Positions 9,993 to 19,078 of a stretch of 64,000 bases of DNA are shown here, one piece after another. The notes under the pieces are model-generated. The model was not told where the DNA came from. It saw nothing but the letters and a program-made list of their open reading frames with translations, and searched no databases. Position numbers and translations under genes: made by a program. The DNA comes from Candidatus Bathyarchaeia archaeon (GTDB lineage Archaea > Thermoproteota > Bathyarchaeia > Bathyarchaeales > Bathycorpusculaceae): positions 52,808 through 116,807 of the forward strand of contig JBEKWR010000004.1 in NCBI GenBank assembly GCA_049512935.1, given 5' to 3'. How positions within the stretch are numbered: the stretch's first letter is position 1; each line of letters begins with the position of its first letter.

Positions 9993-11036
9993 ATGAGGCT
10001 AATAATAACGGTTCAAATTCAAACGGTCAATGGTCCCTTAGATCCAACTTCCCTAGGAATCACTCTATCGCATGAACACGTCAATATAAATTTTGAATGT
10101 GCTTGGGTTCCTCCGCCTACTGGAAAAGAATATCTCAGAGATTTAGAAGTCACGATTGAACGGATGAATGAGATAAGAAATAACGCGCATTATGTCAAAT
10201 CTAACTTGATTTTGCACAACGAGATCGCTGCCATTAAAGAAATTAGTTATTTCAAAAAAGCAGGTGGAAATTCAATAATTTCCTTAACAAACGTGGGCCT
10301 TTACCCTGACCCCTTATTTCTGCAGGGCGTTTCCCAGTCAACGGGCATAAACATAATTGCTGGGTCTGGTTATTACAGGCGTATCTCACAAAAAAATTCA
10401 GTTGTTTCAAAAAAATCTGATCAAATTGCACGTGAAATTATCTACAGCATCTATACTGGAATTGGCAATACCAAAATTCGCGCCGGAATTATTGGTGAAA
10501 TAGGCACTTCGAGTCCACTGCAACCCTTCGAAAAAGAATCTCTAATAGGAGCAGTAAAGGCTCAACAAGCGACCGGAGCAGCACTTAATATTCATCCTGA
10601 AGTCTGGGGACATACACATCTTGATTTACTCGACATTGTTGAAGATGCAGGAGGCGATTTGACTCGAACAATTTTAAGTCATATGGATGAGCTTACCGAT
10701 TCAAATTACCACCTTAAAGTGGCTGAACGTGGAGTTTATTTGAGCTTCGACACATTTGGCTCAGAGTTTGTTTGCGATGGTATCTCGGAGCCTAACGATG
10801 AAGATCGGATTAGTTGCTTGGTCGCATTGTTGAAAGCAGGTTACAAAGATAAAATCGTGCTATCTCACGATATCTGCTACAAGGTTCAGTTGAAGGAGTA
10901 CGGAGGAAAAGGATATGACCATATTATCGTTAATATTATTCCTCGCCTCAAGAGAATGGGCGTTACTGACAATGAAATTCGCAGCATGATGGTTGATAAT
11001 CCTAAGCGTATTTTAGCTTTTAAATTGCAACAATAG
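9993..11036 (+). CDS. phosphotriesterase-family amidohydrolase (PTE/PHP-like lactonase)
   Basis: GITLSHEH metal motif, GIIGEIG, NIH, LSHMD, LSHD, DNPKRIL. Confidence 0.9.
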   Translation: MRLIITVQIQTVNGPLDPTSLGITLSHEHVNINFECAWVPPPTGKEYLRDLEVTIERMNEIRNNAHYVKSNLILHNEIAAIKEISYFKKAGGNSIISLTNVGLYPDPLFLQGVSQSTGINIIAGSGYYRRISQKNSVVSKKSDQIAREIIYSIYTGIGNTKIRAGIIGEIGTSSPLQPFEKESLIGAVKAQQATGAALNIHPEVWGHTHLDLLDIVEDAGGDLTRTILSHMDELTDSNYHLKVAERGVYLSFDTFGSEFVCDGISEPNDEDRISCLVALLKAGYKDKIVLSHDICYKVQLKEYGGKGYDHIIVNIIPRLKRMGVTDNEIRSMMVDNPKRILAFKLQQ

Positions 11037-11236
11037 CAGTCCTCTCTTTTAACATCTCAATTGGTTCGCGGTGCTTTGGGAAGGCTTAAACAACGGCATA
11101 GCTTGTGATTTTTGGCATAATTATCAAGCGAAATACCAACATAATTCTTAATTAGATTACAAAATCAAGAGATAATTGAACATACAGGAAAAACCAAACT
11201 GCAAGAAATAATGCTTGAAGATATTTCATTTAGTAA

Positions 11237-11686
11237 CTAAAATGGGAGAAGCAACAAAATGAATCCAATTATCACCAGAATAATAGACGAAGCTAAATAA
11301 AATGAGAGTTTTCTTAATTTAGGACTAAAGATTTCTTGCCTCGCCTCTTCTCGATCTTTGTACAAAGAGAGTTTTAGTTTTGCGTTATTCCGCTGTTCCA
11401 AAAATTCTGCAGGTAGACCGTCACGTGTTGGAGCAGAATTAATCAAGTCATTTAGTTTTTCCAAACTCATCGAAAGGATCGTAAATAGAAAAGCAGACAC
11501 CAAGAAAAAACTAGCTGCAAGAACCACAGTCCATTTGCTCAAGTGAACGGGTAAAACATTCAATGTAGCACTAGCGAAACAACTAGTTGAAAGGGAAATA
11601 AGTATGCCTCCAACCAAGCTAAAGTAGTTTGCCTTAAGTCTGAAAACTAAATCCATTGAACGCCCAAATGATTCCTGCAATTTCAT
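11237..11686 (-). CDS. hypothetical membrane protein
   Basis: 149 aa, 3 hydrophobic segments, GGAG SD upstream. Confidence 0.65.
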   Translation of the reverse strand: MKLQESFGRSMDLVFRLKANYFSLVGGILISLSTSCFASATLNVLPVHLSKWTVVLAASFFLVSAFLFTILSMSLEKLNDLINSAPTRDGLPAEFLEQRNNAKLKLSLYKDREEARQEIFSPKLRKLSFYLASSIILVIIGFILLLLPF

Positions 11687-11805
11687 CTAGTTCTTTATTT
11701 CTCCTTTATGCTATTTATTTGGTGCCGCGCGCAAGCTAAGCCACTAAAGAATATTTAGAGTGAACCAACCACAATTCATTTTCTCACATTGCCTAATACT
11801 TTCAC

Positions 11806-12630
11806 TTAAAGCCCCCTAACCTCATCTTTAATTGAATCGAGGTCCTCGAGCTTCGTGGCAGAAGAAACTTGATCAAGCAAACTATTCTTTCGTTTTTTCA
11901 GTTCGCCCTTCAATGCATCACTTCTTGAAATAACTTCTTCCCTCGACTTCTTTGCAAAATCTCCGCCTATTTCTTTCGATTCTTCCGCCCATCTCAGATT
12001 GCATTTTTCTGCATCACAAATCTCGTCTTCTTCTTTCTTGAAATGCTGCTTTATCTGGTCCACCAAATCCCGTTTTTCATACTCCAATAATTTCTTATTT
12101 CTCTCCACTTGTTCCATCATCAATGCGTGCCAAGTACGATAGTTTGATAATAAGGTGTCGACGTCAAAACCCATATCGAGCCCCACTTCAGCTTGTAAAT
12201 AATCTTTTGTCTCTTCGTCATAAACTCTGAAGCAGTTCGTCAAGACAGTCACAGTCCCACCATTTTGTTTTTTATCTCCAGCCAAGAAATTTACTTGACG
12301 ATAGTTTTTATCAATTATTCTCAAGCAGTCCATCTCAGACTGCGTCCTCTCATATTCATCAACAAATAGATCAAGGTAATTCTTGCCTATGGCCTCCTTT
12401 GCGGAAATATTGTACATTTTTTCACAATTTCCCGCCCAAACAATTATGTTGAAGTTTCTGTCGCATGCCCAACAGGAATAAGGGGCTTCGTCTAGTATTG
12501 CCAACTTTATCTTGTCTTCCCGTGTCTTAGGTGGATTGCTTGCCAGTTCACTCTTTAATTCGCAAATAATACCGTTTAGTCTTATGTTCTCTTTGATAAG
12601 ATCTTCTTTTGTCAAATCCTTGTATTCCAC
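11806..12630 (-). CDS. PAS-domain protein with coiled-coil flanks and no evident output domain
   Basis: ILDEAP...IIVW...EKMYNISAKEAIGKNYLDLFV PAS signature; GTG start with GGAGG SD. Confidence 0.7.
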   Translation of the reverse strand: MEYKDLTKEDLIKENIRLNGIICELKSELASNPPKTREDKIKLAILDEAPYSCWACDRNFNIIVWAGNCEKMYNISAKEAIGKNYLDLFVDEYERTQSEMDCLRIIDKNYRQVNFLAGDKKQNGGTVTVLTNCFRVYDEETKDYLQAEVGLDMGFDVDTLLSNYRTWHALMMEQVERNKKLLEYEKRDLVDQIKQHFKKEEDEICDAEKCNLRWAEESKEIGGDFAKKSREEVISRSDALKGELKKRKNSLLDQVSSATKLEDLDSIKDEVRGL

Positions 12631-12809
12631 TTTTCCTCCACCCTCTTATCAATTAGATGATTTTGTCCGTCGCAATTTACTTACAAGCGATTTTTCTACT
12701 ATATACACCTATTCAGTACTTAAGATTTTTTCAAGAAAACTATCTAAAACTTCAGATTACCCTAAAATTAATAAGCAAAAACTCTACAGAATCAACTGAG
12801 CGGGTACAA

Positions 12810-13574
12810 ATGAAAAAAGCGCAAAAAACAGCTCTTGTGACAGGAATGTCTCGAGGGATAGGGAAAGCAATCTGTGAGAAACTCGTGAAAGAGGGCTATT
12901 TTGTCTATGGCACGTACAATACGGGTGAGCAAGAAGCAAAGATGGTTAAGGAAACGCTCAAGACTGTAGAGATCTTTCAAGCAGATTTCAAAGACAGAAA
13001 ACAAACCTTAGCTGTGATAGAAAAACTGGGCAAAATCAAATTTGATGCGATAATCAACAACGCCGGAACGTTCGAAGGCGAATTGTTCGATGAGTTTGAC
13101 TTTAAGATATGGGATGACATAATCGCCGTCAATCTGACGACCCCGTTATTATTTTCCGTGAAACTACAAAAGAACATCAAAAACGGAGGAAGTATCGTAA
13201 TCATTGCTAGCACTGACGGACTTCAAGGTTCATTTGCAAGCATATCGTATTCAGCTAGTAAGGCTGGACTGATAAACATAACAAAAAGCCTAGCAAATAA
13301 TCTTGGCAGCAGAAACATTAGGGTGAACGCAATAGCTCCCGGATGGATTAACACGAAAATGGCCACTGAATCCTCGTATAAGGCAGCACAGATCACACCT
13401 TTGGGTAGAAATGGCAAACCTGAAGAAGTGGCGGACCTCGCACATTACCTGATTACGAACTCGGCAAGTTTCATAACAGGGGCAACAGTGATTATTGATG
13501 GCGGTTACACTTGCGTCGATACAATTATGAAGATGGAAGCGGAAGAATTCAAAAAGACAGACAACTCTAACTAG
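12810..13574 (+). CDS. short-chain dehydrogenase/reductase (FabG-like)
   Basis: TGMSRGIG, NNAG, YSASK, VNAIAPG, DGG; start refined to ATG 12810. Confidence 0.93.
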   Translation: MKKAQKTALVTGMSRGIGKAICEKLVKEGYFVYGTYNTGEQEAKMVKETLKTVEIFQADFKDRKQTLAVIEKLGKIKFDAIINNAGTFEGELFDEFDFKIWDDIIAVNLTTPLLFSVKLQKNIKNGGSIVIIASTDGLQGSFASISYSASKAGLINITKSLANNLGSRNIRVNAIAPGWINTKMATESSYKAAQITPLGRNGKPEEVADLAHYLITNSASFITGATVIIDGGYTCVDTIMKMEAEEFKKTDNSN

Positions 13575-13600
13575 TCACTTGGGAGAGCAGAAATACTAAC

Positions 13601-14572
13601 ATGAAAATATTGGAGTATGATGAAATCGAGTGGCAACAAGCACTAGAACTGAATCTTGTGGGTTTCGATTGGTATCTCACACCAGATTTGGTGGAAAAGA
13701 TACTTAAAGCAGATAAACGAGTACCCGAAGGTTACGCAATCTACGCTACTGAAGGTAAGACAGTTCTTGGTCAGGTTGGCATCCTAGTAGATACTGTTCA
13801 AACGATAAGTGGCATGGAAAAACTTGGATACCTTTGGACAATTGTTACTAAGCCAGGTTCGACCAACAAAGGAATTGCGACTCGTCTCATCGAGGAAGCC
13901 CACTCAAGATTAATCTCACAAAATGTTCGATATTCGTTTCTTGGCACTCAGAAATCTCTTGTAGCTTACAACCTTTTCAAGAAACTAGGCTACTCTGATT
14001 TGATAGACCACAATATGGGACTCAAATCCTGTTCCAACGTTCCACCAAATAGCGCCGAGCATAAGTCAACTGGAATCCGACTCCTGCGCGAAATCCGCAC
14101 ATCTTTTGACGATGAGACAATAATGAATATGTTTTCAAAGTACGCAACGGGTCTTTTGGGGTTCGTTCACAGGCCGCAAAATTTTCTCAGCATTCGAAAA
14201 GCCTGGGGATGGATGCCAGTAAACTTAATCTGTGTTTTTCAAAAGGAGAACGAATCAGTGGGATATTTATTGGGAACTAAGGAAGATAATAGTATTAAAA
14301 TTAGAGAATTAATTTGTGTGAACCCGCTTGACCTATCGGCTTGTATTCTTGCCGTCGAGAAAGAGTTGAGGCCCCGTTACATAATATTTGATTTTACATC
14401 GAGAGAATGCGTAATTTCGAAACTCGCAAATGTTGGTTTTAGATTCATTAGGCCAACTTATGCCACATATATGATAAAAGACTTGACGAGAGAGCGAAGC
14501 ATTGAGGAGATAAGAAATTCATTTAGCGTAAAAAACGATAAATTTCAAATGTCGATAATCGACTATTATTAG
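13601..14572 (+). CDS. GNAT family N-acetyltransferase (tandem GNAT, Eis-like)
   Basis: IVTKPGSTNKGIATRLI acetyl-CoA motif, AYNLFKKLGY; length fits two GNAT domains. Confidence 0.8.
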   Translation: MKILEYDEIEWQQALELNLVGFDWYLTPDLVEKILKADKRVPEGYAIYATEGKTVLGQVGILVDTVQTISGMEKLGYLWTIVTKPGSTNKGIATRLIEEAHSRLISQNVRYSFLGTQKSLVAYNLFKKLGYSDLIDHNMGLKSCSNVPPNSAEHKSTGIRLLREIRTSFDDETIMNMFSKYATGLLGFVHRPQNFLSIRKAWGWMPVNLICVFQKENESVGYLLGTKEDNSIKIRELICVNPLDLSACILAVEKELRPRYIIFDFTSRECVISKLANVGFRFIRPTYATYMIKDLTRERSIEEIRNSFSVKNDKFQMSIIDYY

Positions 14573-14655
14573 TAATTACTTTACCAGAATTCCTCTTGGT
14601 AAGAATTCGACATTCATCTTGATCGTACCAGCTTCCTTTCTAGGAAATATCGCCC

Positions 14656-15738
14656 TTAGGGATGGCTAAACTCATATTTGCAATCTTCGGGAGTGAGGTT
14701 CTTTAGCAAGTATCTAATGGGCGCGCACACTCTTTCTTTTTTGCCGAACATACTTCCAGTTTCGTTAGTCACTTCTCCAAGGCAATAACCAGCACAATGG
14801 TATTTCGCGACGCATCCTTCACAACCGGGCATATTGTCTGCGCATCTGGAACGCAAGGTTTTCATTTTAGCATCGTCGTAAACAATTCTTTTGTTTCTCT
14901 TATCCCATTTTCCATATATTAAAGCTGATAAGGGGTTTTTATCTTCACCAAATAAAGCCATGTCGCATGCTGACACGTAGCCATCTGTTGTCAAATGAGG
15001 TACGGGTAAGCAAGCTCTACAGGCATAGTTGACTTCTTCGTCAAAGTTGCATGCTAGGAAGCTTCCATAAAACATCCCCTTTCTCTTGGCATGCTCCCTT
15101 GCTTTTAGGAACTGGTCGGCATACTCCATAAGACTCATCGTGTCAGTGAGTTCCTTTTCGCCAACGCTTGGGAAAATAGGGTCTGTCCAGATATGTCTAA
15201 CACCTAAGCTGTAAAAATAGTCAATGTTAGCTTTTTGGCTGAACACATTGTCAGATGTTATAGTCGATCTGATGCCGGTCATTCCTTTGCAAGCCTTCGT
15301 TAGGTACTTAACATTCTCTTCAAGTAATTTTGAAGTTGGAAGTCCACTTTTTGTTTTGCGATAACGGTCTTGTTGTTCAGGCAAACCGTCGCAGGAAATC
15401 CAGATGTTATCGACATTCTCAGATAGCCAATCTCGTATTCCTTGCCCAAAGGTGCCGTTTGTCTGAATTTCAGATGTTAATTCGTCGCCTACAATCCCGT
15501 AAGCGTATTCAGTTATTTTCTTCATTAACTCAAAAGCGCAAGTTGGTTCTCCTGGTCCTTGGAACCTTATGTGCTTTTTCATGTCAGTTTGGAAATAATC
15601 GTCCATTCCAACCTTCGCAAATTCAAAATCTAGCGTTTGATTTGCGTGCTCAGATCGGTCTACATAGCAATAACTGCAGCTCAGGTTGCAATTACTTGTC
15701 ATAAAGAAAGAAATCATTTGTTTTCTGAAATGCCCCAT
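14656..15738 (-). CDS. radical SAM protein with SPASM-type C-terminal domain
   Basis: CNLSCSYC (CxxxCxxC), GPGEP, QTNG; C..C..DGYVSAC..CEGC..CAGYC..C. Confidence 0.9.
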   Translation of the reverse strand: MGHFRKQMISFFMTSNCNLSCSYCYVDRSEHANQTLDFEFAKVGMDDYFQTDMKKHIRFQGPGEPTCAFELMKKITEYAYGIVGDELTSEIQTNGTFGQGIRDWLSENVDNIWISCDGLPEQQDRYRKTKSGLPTSKLLEENVKYLTKACKGMTGIRSTITSDNVFSQKANIDYFYSLGVRHIWTDPIFPSVGEKELTDTMSLMEYADQFLKAREHAKRKGMFYGSFLACNFDEEVNYACRACLPVPHLTTDGYVSACDMALFGEDKNPLSALIYGKWDKRNKRIVYDDAKMKTLRSRCADNMPGCEGCVAKYHCAGYCLGEVTNETGSMFGKKERVCAPIRYLLKNLTPEDCKYEFSHP

Positions 15739-15890
15739 AGATTTTTCCTCTTTTGATGCTTTGTATAAATCTAAGTTGCACTTTGCATTTTTAAGTTTTA
15801 TTTAATGATGGCGTTATTACTGACTTTTTGAAGCATGCGGAAGAGATTCAAGCGATAGTTACTATGCGAGAACATCCCAAATGTTAACTC

Positions 15891-16883
15891 CTATATGATT
15901 TCGTTGAAAAAATCATGGTCATCAGCGAGTTGTCTTAATCCGTCTCGCCCAAGTTGTAGATAATGCTCAGTTTCCTTTGAGAAATTTTGATTGACTGACT
16001 TTTCGTAGGTCGTAAGCAGTATGTGCATTCCAAATGCCAGTTTGATGTACTTTGGAAGGGCTTTACGCTCGAACTCGGTCAAGGGTTTTGTTTTTTGATA
16101 TTCGTCAAGTGCAATCCTGTACTTTCTTCGAGTTTCGCTCCTGTTTTTTGAGTCAAAAAGAAAGTCGCTGGCAAGAACAGAAATCTCTTGTATGCGTGGG
16201 TAGGTATTTGAAACAGAAAAATCAATTATCCAAATTTCGCCTTTTCGATCCTTCATTATGTTCGTACGCACTAAATCCCCATGTACAAAACAATGTGGCA
16301 ATTTTCGAATCTTCAGGTGATCGAACTCACGATACAGTGAGCTTAGCTGCCTTAAATCTTCCAGCGATAGATATTTTGATTTTCTATCAAACTCTTTTTT
16401 GAAATTAGTTACCGCCCAAGCGTCATAGACAAATGGAGGTCTTAACGCAATTGAGTTGATTAGTGCAGCCTGCTGCGCCACCCTTCTAATCGCAACGTCA
16501 TCCGGTCTCTCTGACAAGTTGAAGAAGTCTTTTCCATCTACATATTCGAGCAAGCAGAATCTAAGATTTGTTTGACCCAACGAGAGAACGTTCAGATATC
16601 CGTTTCTTGTTCTTATGAGACTGGGGGTCTTCACGCCTGAGACTATCACCTTTGCCATAATATCTACATACCTTTTGCAATCAAGTATTGTCTTTGAGGT
16701 TGCGAAAACTTTTACAAAAAACCTGTTGCGTGTTGTATCCAAAACGAAATTAAAGTCTTCGTATCCGGTGAGAACAAGTTCATTTCCAAGAAAACTCCCG
16801 AGTTCAAAATCATTACAAATTTTCCTCGATAAATTATCTAACACATCGTGGTATCCAATTCTCGAGCCAAAACTGGGGTCCAT
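15891..16883 (-). CDS. aminoglycoside phosphotransferase / type II homoserine kinase family
   Basis: FFVKVF, Brenner motif HGDLVRTN, IIDFS. Confidence 0.85.
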   Translation of the reverse strand: MDPSFGSRIGYHDVLDNLSRKICNDFELGSFLGNELVLTGYEDFNFVLDTTRNRFFVKVFATSKTILDCKRYVDIMAKVIVSGVKTPSLIRTRNGYLNVLSLGQTNLRFCLLEYVDGKDFFNLSERPDDVAIRRVAQQAALINSIALRPPFVYDAWAVTNFKKEFDRKSKYLSLEDLRQLSSLYREFDHLKIRKLPHCFVHGDLVRTNIMKDRKGEIWIIDFSVSNTYPRIQEISVLASDFLFDSKNRSETRRKYRIALDEYQKTKPLTEFERKALPKYIKLAFGMHILLTTYEKSVNQNFSKETEHYLQLGRDGLRQLADDHDFFNEII

Positions 16884-17008
16884 GGATTATCAGTATCATT
16901 CAAAGATGTATAAATAATCTCCCAAGCGCTTCGTCATAAATTAGCTCGCGCTAAATAATCATTAACATAATATCGGGACAAACCAGCGCTAATATAGGGC
17001 ACGCGCGG

Positions 17009-17044
17009 CTGCCCGTCCCCATGCTCAAACGTCTTCAAAACCTT
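17009..17044 (+). repeat. 36-bp direct repeat, copy 2 (right edge of island)
   Basis: CTGCCCGTCCCCATGCTCAAACGTCTTCAAAACCTT. Confidence 0.85.
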
Positions 17045-17064
17045 TCTAACCCGAAGGAGGTATT

Positions 17065-17163
17065 ATGACTTCAAAAGTGGTGTTGAGAGGGGGATCCCAG
17101 CACCATTTTACCCGTAAAAAGTTAACTGAGCTGGGTTCTGAAAGTAGCCTAAAATGCTTTTGA
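17065..17163 (+). CDS. putative 32-aa small ORF between repeat copies 2 and 3
   Basis: AGGAGGT at 17055-17061 precedes the ATG; MTSKVVLRGGSQHHFTRKKLTELGSESSLKCF. Confidence 0.3.
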   Translation: MTSKVVLRGGSQHHFTRKKLTELGSESSLKCF

Positions 17164-17201
17164 TGTGGCGGATGACAGCAGCTGCGCGCGCCGACCTTAG
17201 G

Positions 17202-17237
17202 TTGCCTGTCCCCGTACCCAAACGGCTTCGAAATCTT
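17202..17237 (+). repeat. 36-bp direct repeat, degenerate copy 3
   Basis: TTGCCTGTCCCCGTACCCAAACGGCTTCGAAATCTT; 29/36 identical to copy 1. Confidence 0.7.
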
Positions 17238-17263
17238 TTACGCTTGAATCTCTGGCGGTTGGG

Positions 17264-17605
17264 TTACCCGATTTTGCTGCCTTCTGCGATGTCTTTCTCC
17301 GGCATCAGCACAGAAACGTGGTCTTCGTTGTCTTCCGCCGCCAGAATCATGCATTGGGATTCGACGCCTGCCAAAACACGCCTTTGCAGGTTGAGGAGGA
17401 AAACGCATTTTTTTCCAAGCAGCTGTTCCGGGGTGTAGTATTTTAAGAGCCCTGCAACCGCTGTCCTCTTCTCGGAGCCGAAATCGACCGTTAACTTGAT
17501 GAGTTTCTTGGATGCGGGAACTTGAGTTGCCTCAACTATTTTGCCTATGCGGAAATCAAATTTTTGGAAGTCTGCGAAGGTTACTTCTTCAGCCAAACAT
17601 TTCAC
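17264..17605 (-). CDS. stand-alone tRNA-binding OB-fold protein (Trbp111/CsaA/MetRS C-terminal-like)
   Basis: DFRIGKIV..KLIKLTVDFG..NLQRRVLAGVESQCMILAA..G. Confidence 0.88.
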   Translation of the reverse strand: MKCLAEEVTFADFQKFDFRIGKIVEATQVPASKKLIKLTVDFGSEKRTAVAGLLKYYTPEQLLGKKCVFLLNLQRRVLAGVESQCMILAAEDNEDHVSVLMPEKDIAEGSKIG

Positions 17606-17623
17606 GCTCGCTATAGCGTTAGT

Positions 17624-18313
17624 TCACGATTCGGCGATATTTACTTTGCTTTCCAGCGCAAGCCTGATTCTTTCCTGGGTCGCTGACTTATGTACCTGCA
17701 AGGTTGGCTCTGGGATACGATTTTTCGCGCAGTGCTTAACGATTTTGACTGCTGTTTCAAGGGAAACCATGTGTCCGACGCTGACGTAAATGGGCTTGGC
17801 GCCAAGCTTAGTTGTGACCACGGCGCCGATGACTTCGCCTTTGTCAACCAAATACGCTTGCCCGTTTATTTCTGCAGGTTCGCCGATTAGGCGGCTTTTT
17901 GCGGCGCCGACGGTCGGTTTTCCAAGGGCGAGTCCAAGGTGGCTGGCGAATCCGCACCTGAAGGGATGCGCGTACCCTTGCGCGTCAACGAGTAGCACGT
18001 CGGGTTGAATCCTCAGTTTTCTTATGGCAGCCATTGCCGGCGGGAGTTCCCTGAAGGAGAGCAACGTCGGGATGTAGGGCATTTTTACTCGGCATGTCGC
18101 AACTTGGGACTCCAAAAGCCTGAGCGATTCATAATCCAAGACAACTGCTGCTCCGACGGCGACGTTGCCGACGTACGAAACATCTACGCCTGCCACCGTT
18201 GTAATTGGGCAGGGCAGCCTGTCCTTCAGAATTACTTTTTGCGACAAGCAAACCTGAGCGTTACGCGCCTTTTCAACCGAGAAATTCTTCATTAATCTGG
18301 GCGCTTGACTCAA
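17624..18313 (-). CDS. nfi: endonuclease V
   Basis: AGVDVSY, PYIPTLLSFRE wedge, LVDAQGYAHP, GAAKS, PIYVSVGH, RIPEP. Confidence 0.93.
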   Translation of the reverse strand: MSQAPRLMKNFSVEKARNAQVCLSQKVILKDRLPCPITTVAGVDVSYVGNVAVGAAVVLDYESLRLLESQVATCRVKMPYIPTLLSFRELPPAMAAIRKLRIQPDVLLVDAQGYAHPFRCGFASHLGLALGKPTVGAAKSRLIGEPAEINGQAYLVDKGEVIGAVVTTKLGAKPIYVSVGHMVSLETAVKIVKHCAKNRIPEPTLQVHKSATQERIRLALESKVNIAES

Positions 18314-18981
18314 GTTTTTGCCTTTCGCGTCTTTCGTTTAGCCGCTGGTTTTGAAGGGGTAAACTTTTTCAAGTAGTCTTCGAGGGATTTTCTGCGGATT
18401 TCAAGCGTGACGTCGCCGCGTGTGGCTTCGATTATTCTTCGTGCCGTGTCGGACTTGTGCCTGAGTCCTGGGACAAGCATGTAAGCCTCGTCAAGAGCAA
18501 GCAGTTGAATGAAGACTTGATCCATGATTTCGAGGCAGTCCTCAGCCTTTTTGACGTCGCCCTCGCGCAGGTTGTCAAGCGCCAACCGCCTGTACTCGCC
18601 TATGACGTCGGCTAAACCGAGAACGTAATCGGTGCAGGGCACGTTAATTTCGGAGGGGTTAACGAAGCGCGACTCCTTAACCAGCACGAAAAATATGCGG
18701 GCTTCCGAGTATTCCTGTAGCGCCGCGCTGAACATCCCGCCGTAAATGATGTCTGGATAATCCTTCGATAGCGTCTGAAGGCTTGAAATCTTGTCTTTCG
18801 CGTCCGAAATGAATTTTTCAGCCTCCTCGTACTTTTTCTGGTGGATCAGCAGGATGGCTTGTTTGGAGAGGCTTGTGGCTTTGCGCATGCACTCATGCGT
18901 TTCTTCCCGGACGCTGTTTTTTTGCATAAGCTCGTTTTTTACTTCTTGAAGCACACTTTCCAAAGAGGACAAACGCATCAT
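18310..18981 (-). CDS. translin/TRAX (C3PO) family protein
   Basis: ALQEYSEA and YVLGLADVIGEYRR catalytic acidic motifs, LRHKSD. Confidence 0.85.
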   Translation of the reverse strand: MMRLSSLESVLQEVKNELMQKNSVREETHECMRKATSLSKQAILLIHQKKYEEAEKFISDAKDKISSLQTLSKDYPDIIYGGMFSAALQEYSEARIFFVLVKESRFVNPSEINVPCTDYVLGLADVIGEYRRLALDNLREGDVKKAEDCLEIMDQVFIQLLALDEAYMLVPGLRHKSDTARRIIEATRGDVTLEIRRKSLEDYLKKFTPSKPAAKRKTRKAKT

Positions 18982-19078
18982 CCAGCCTAAACGGTATTGT
19001 ATCGTGGTTTATTTCAATTTCTTAAAAAGAAGCCGGCGGTTTAGGCTTCGGGCTGGAAGGGGAAGAGTTTGTTTTGTG

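Larger units (their letters stand above)
7267..17044. mobile_element. putative horizontally acquired genomic island (no integrase seen)
   Basis: Visibly more AT-rich than the flanks, accessory enzyme genes, bounded by 36-bp imperfect direct repeats. Confidence 0.65.

Noticed and set aside
7267-17237. 36-bp repeats as a CRISPR array
   Set aside because: Only three degenerate copies, spaced about 9.7 kb and 160 bp apart, with no cas genes.
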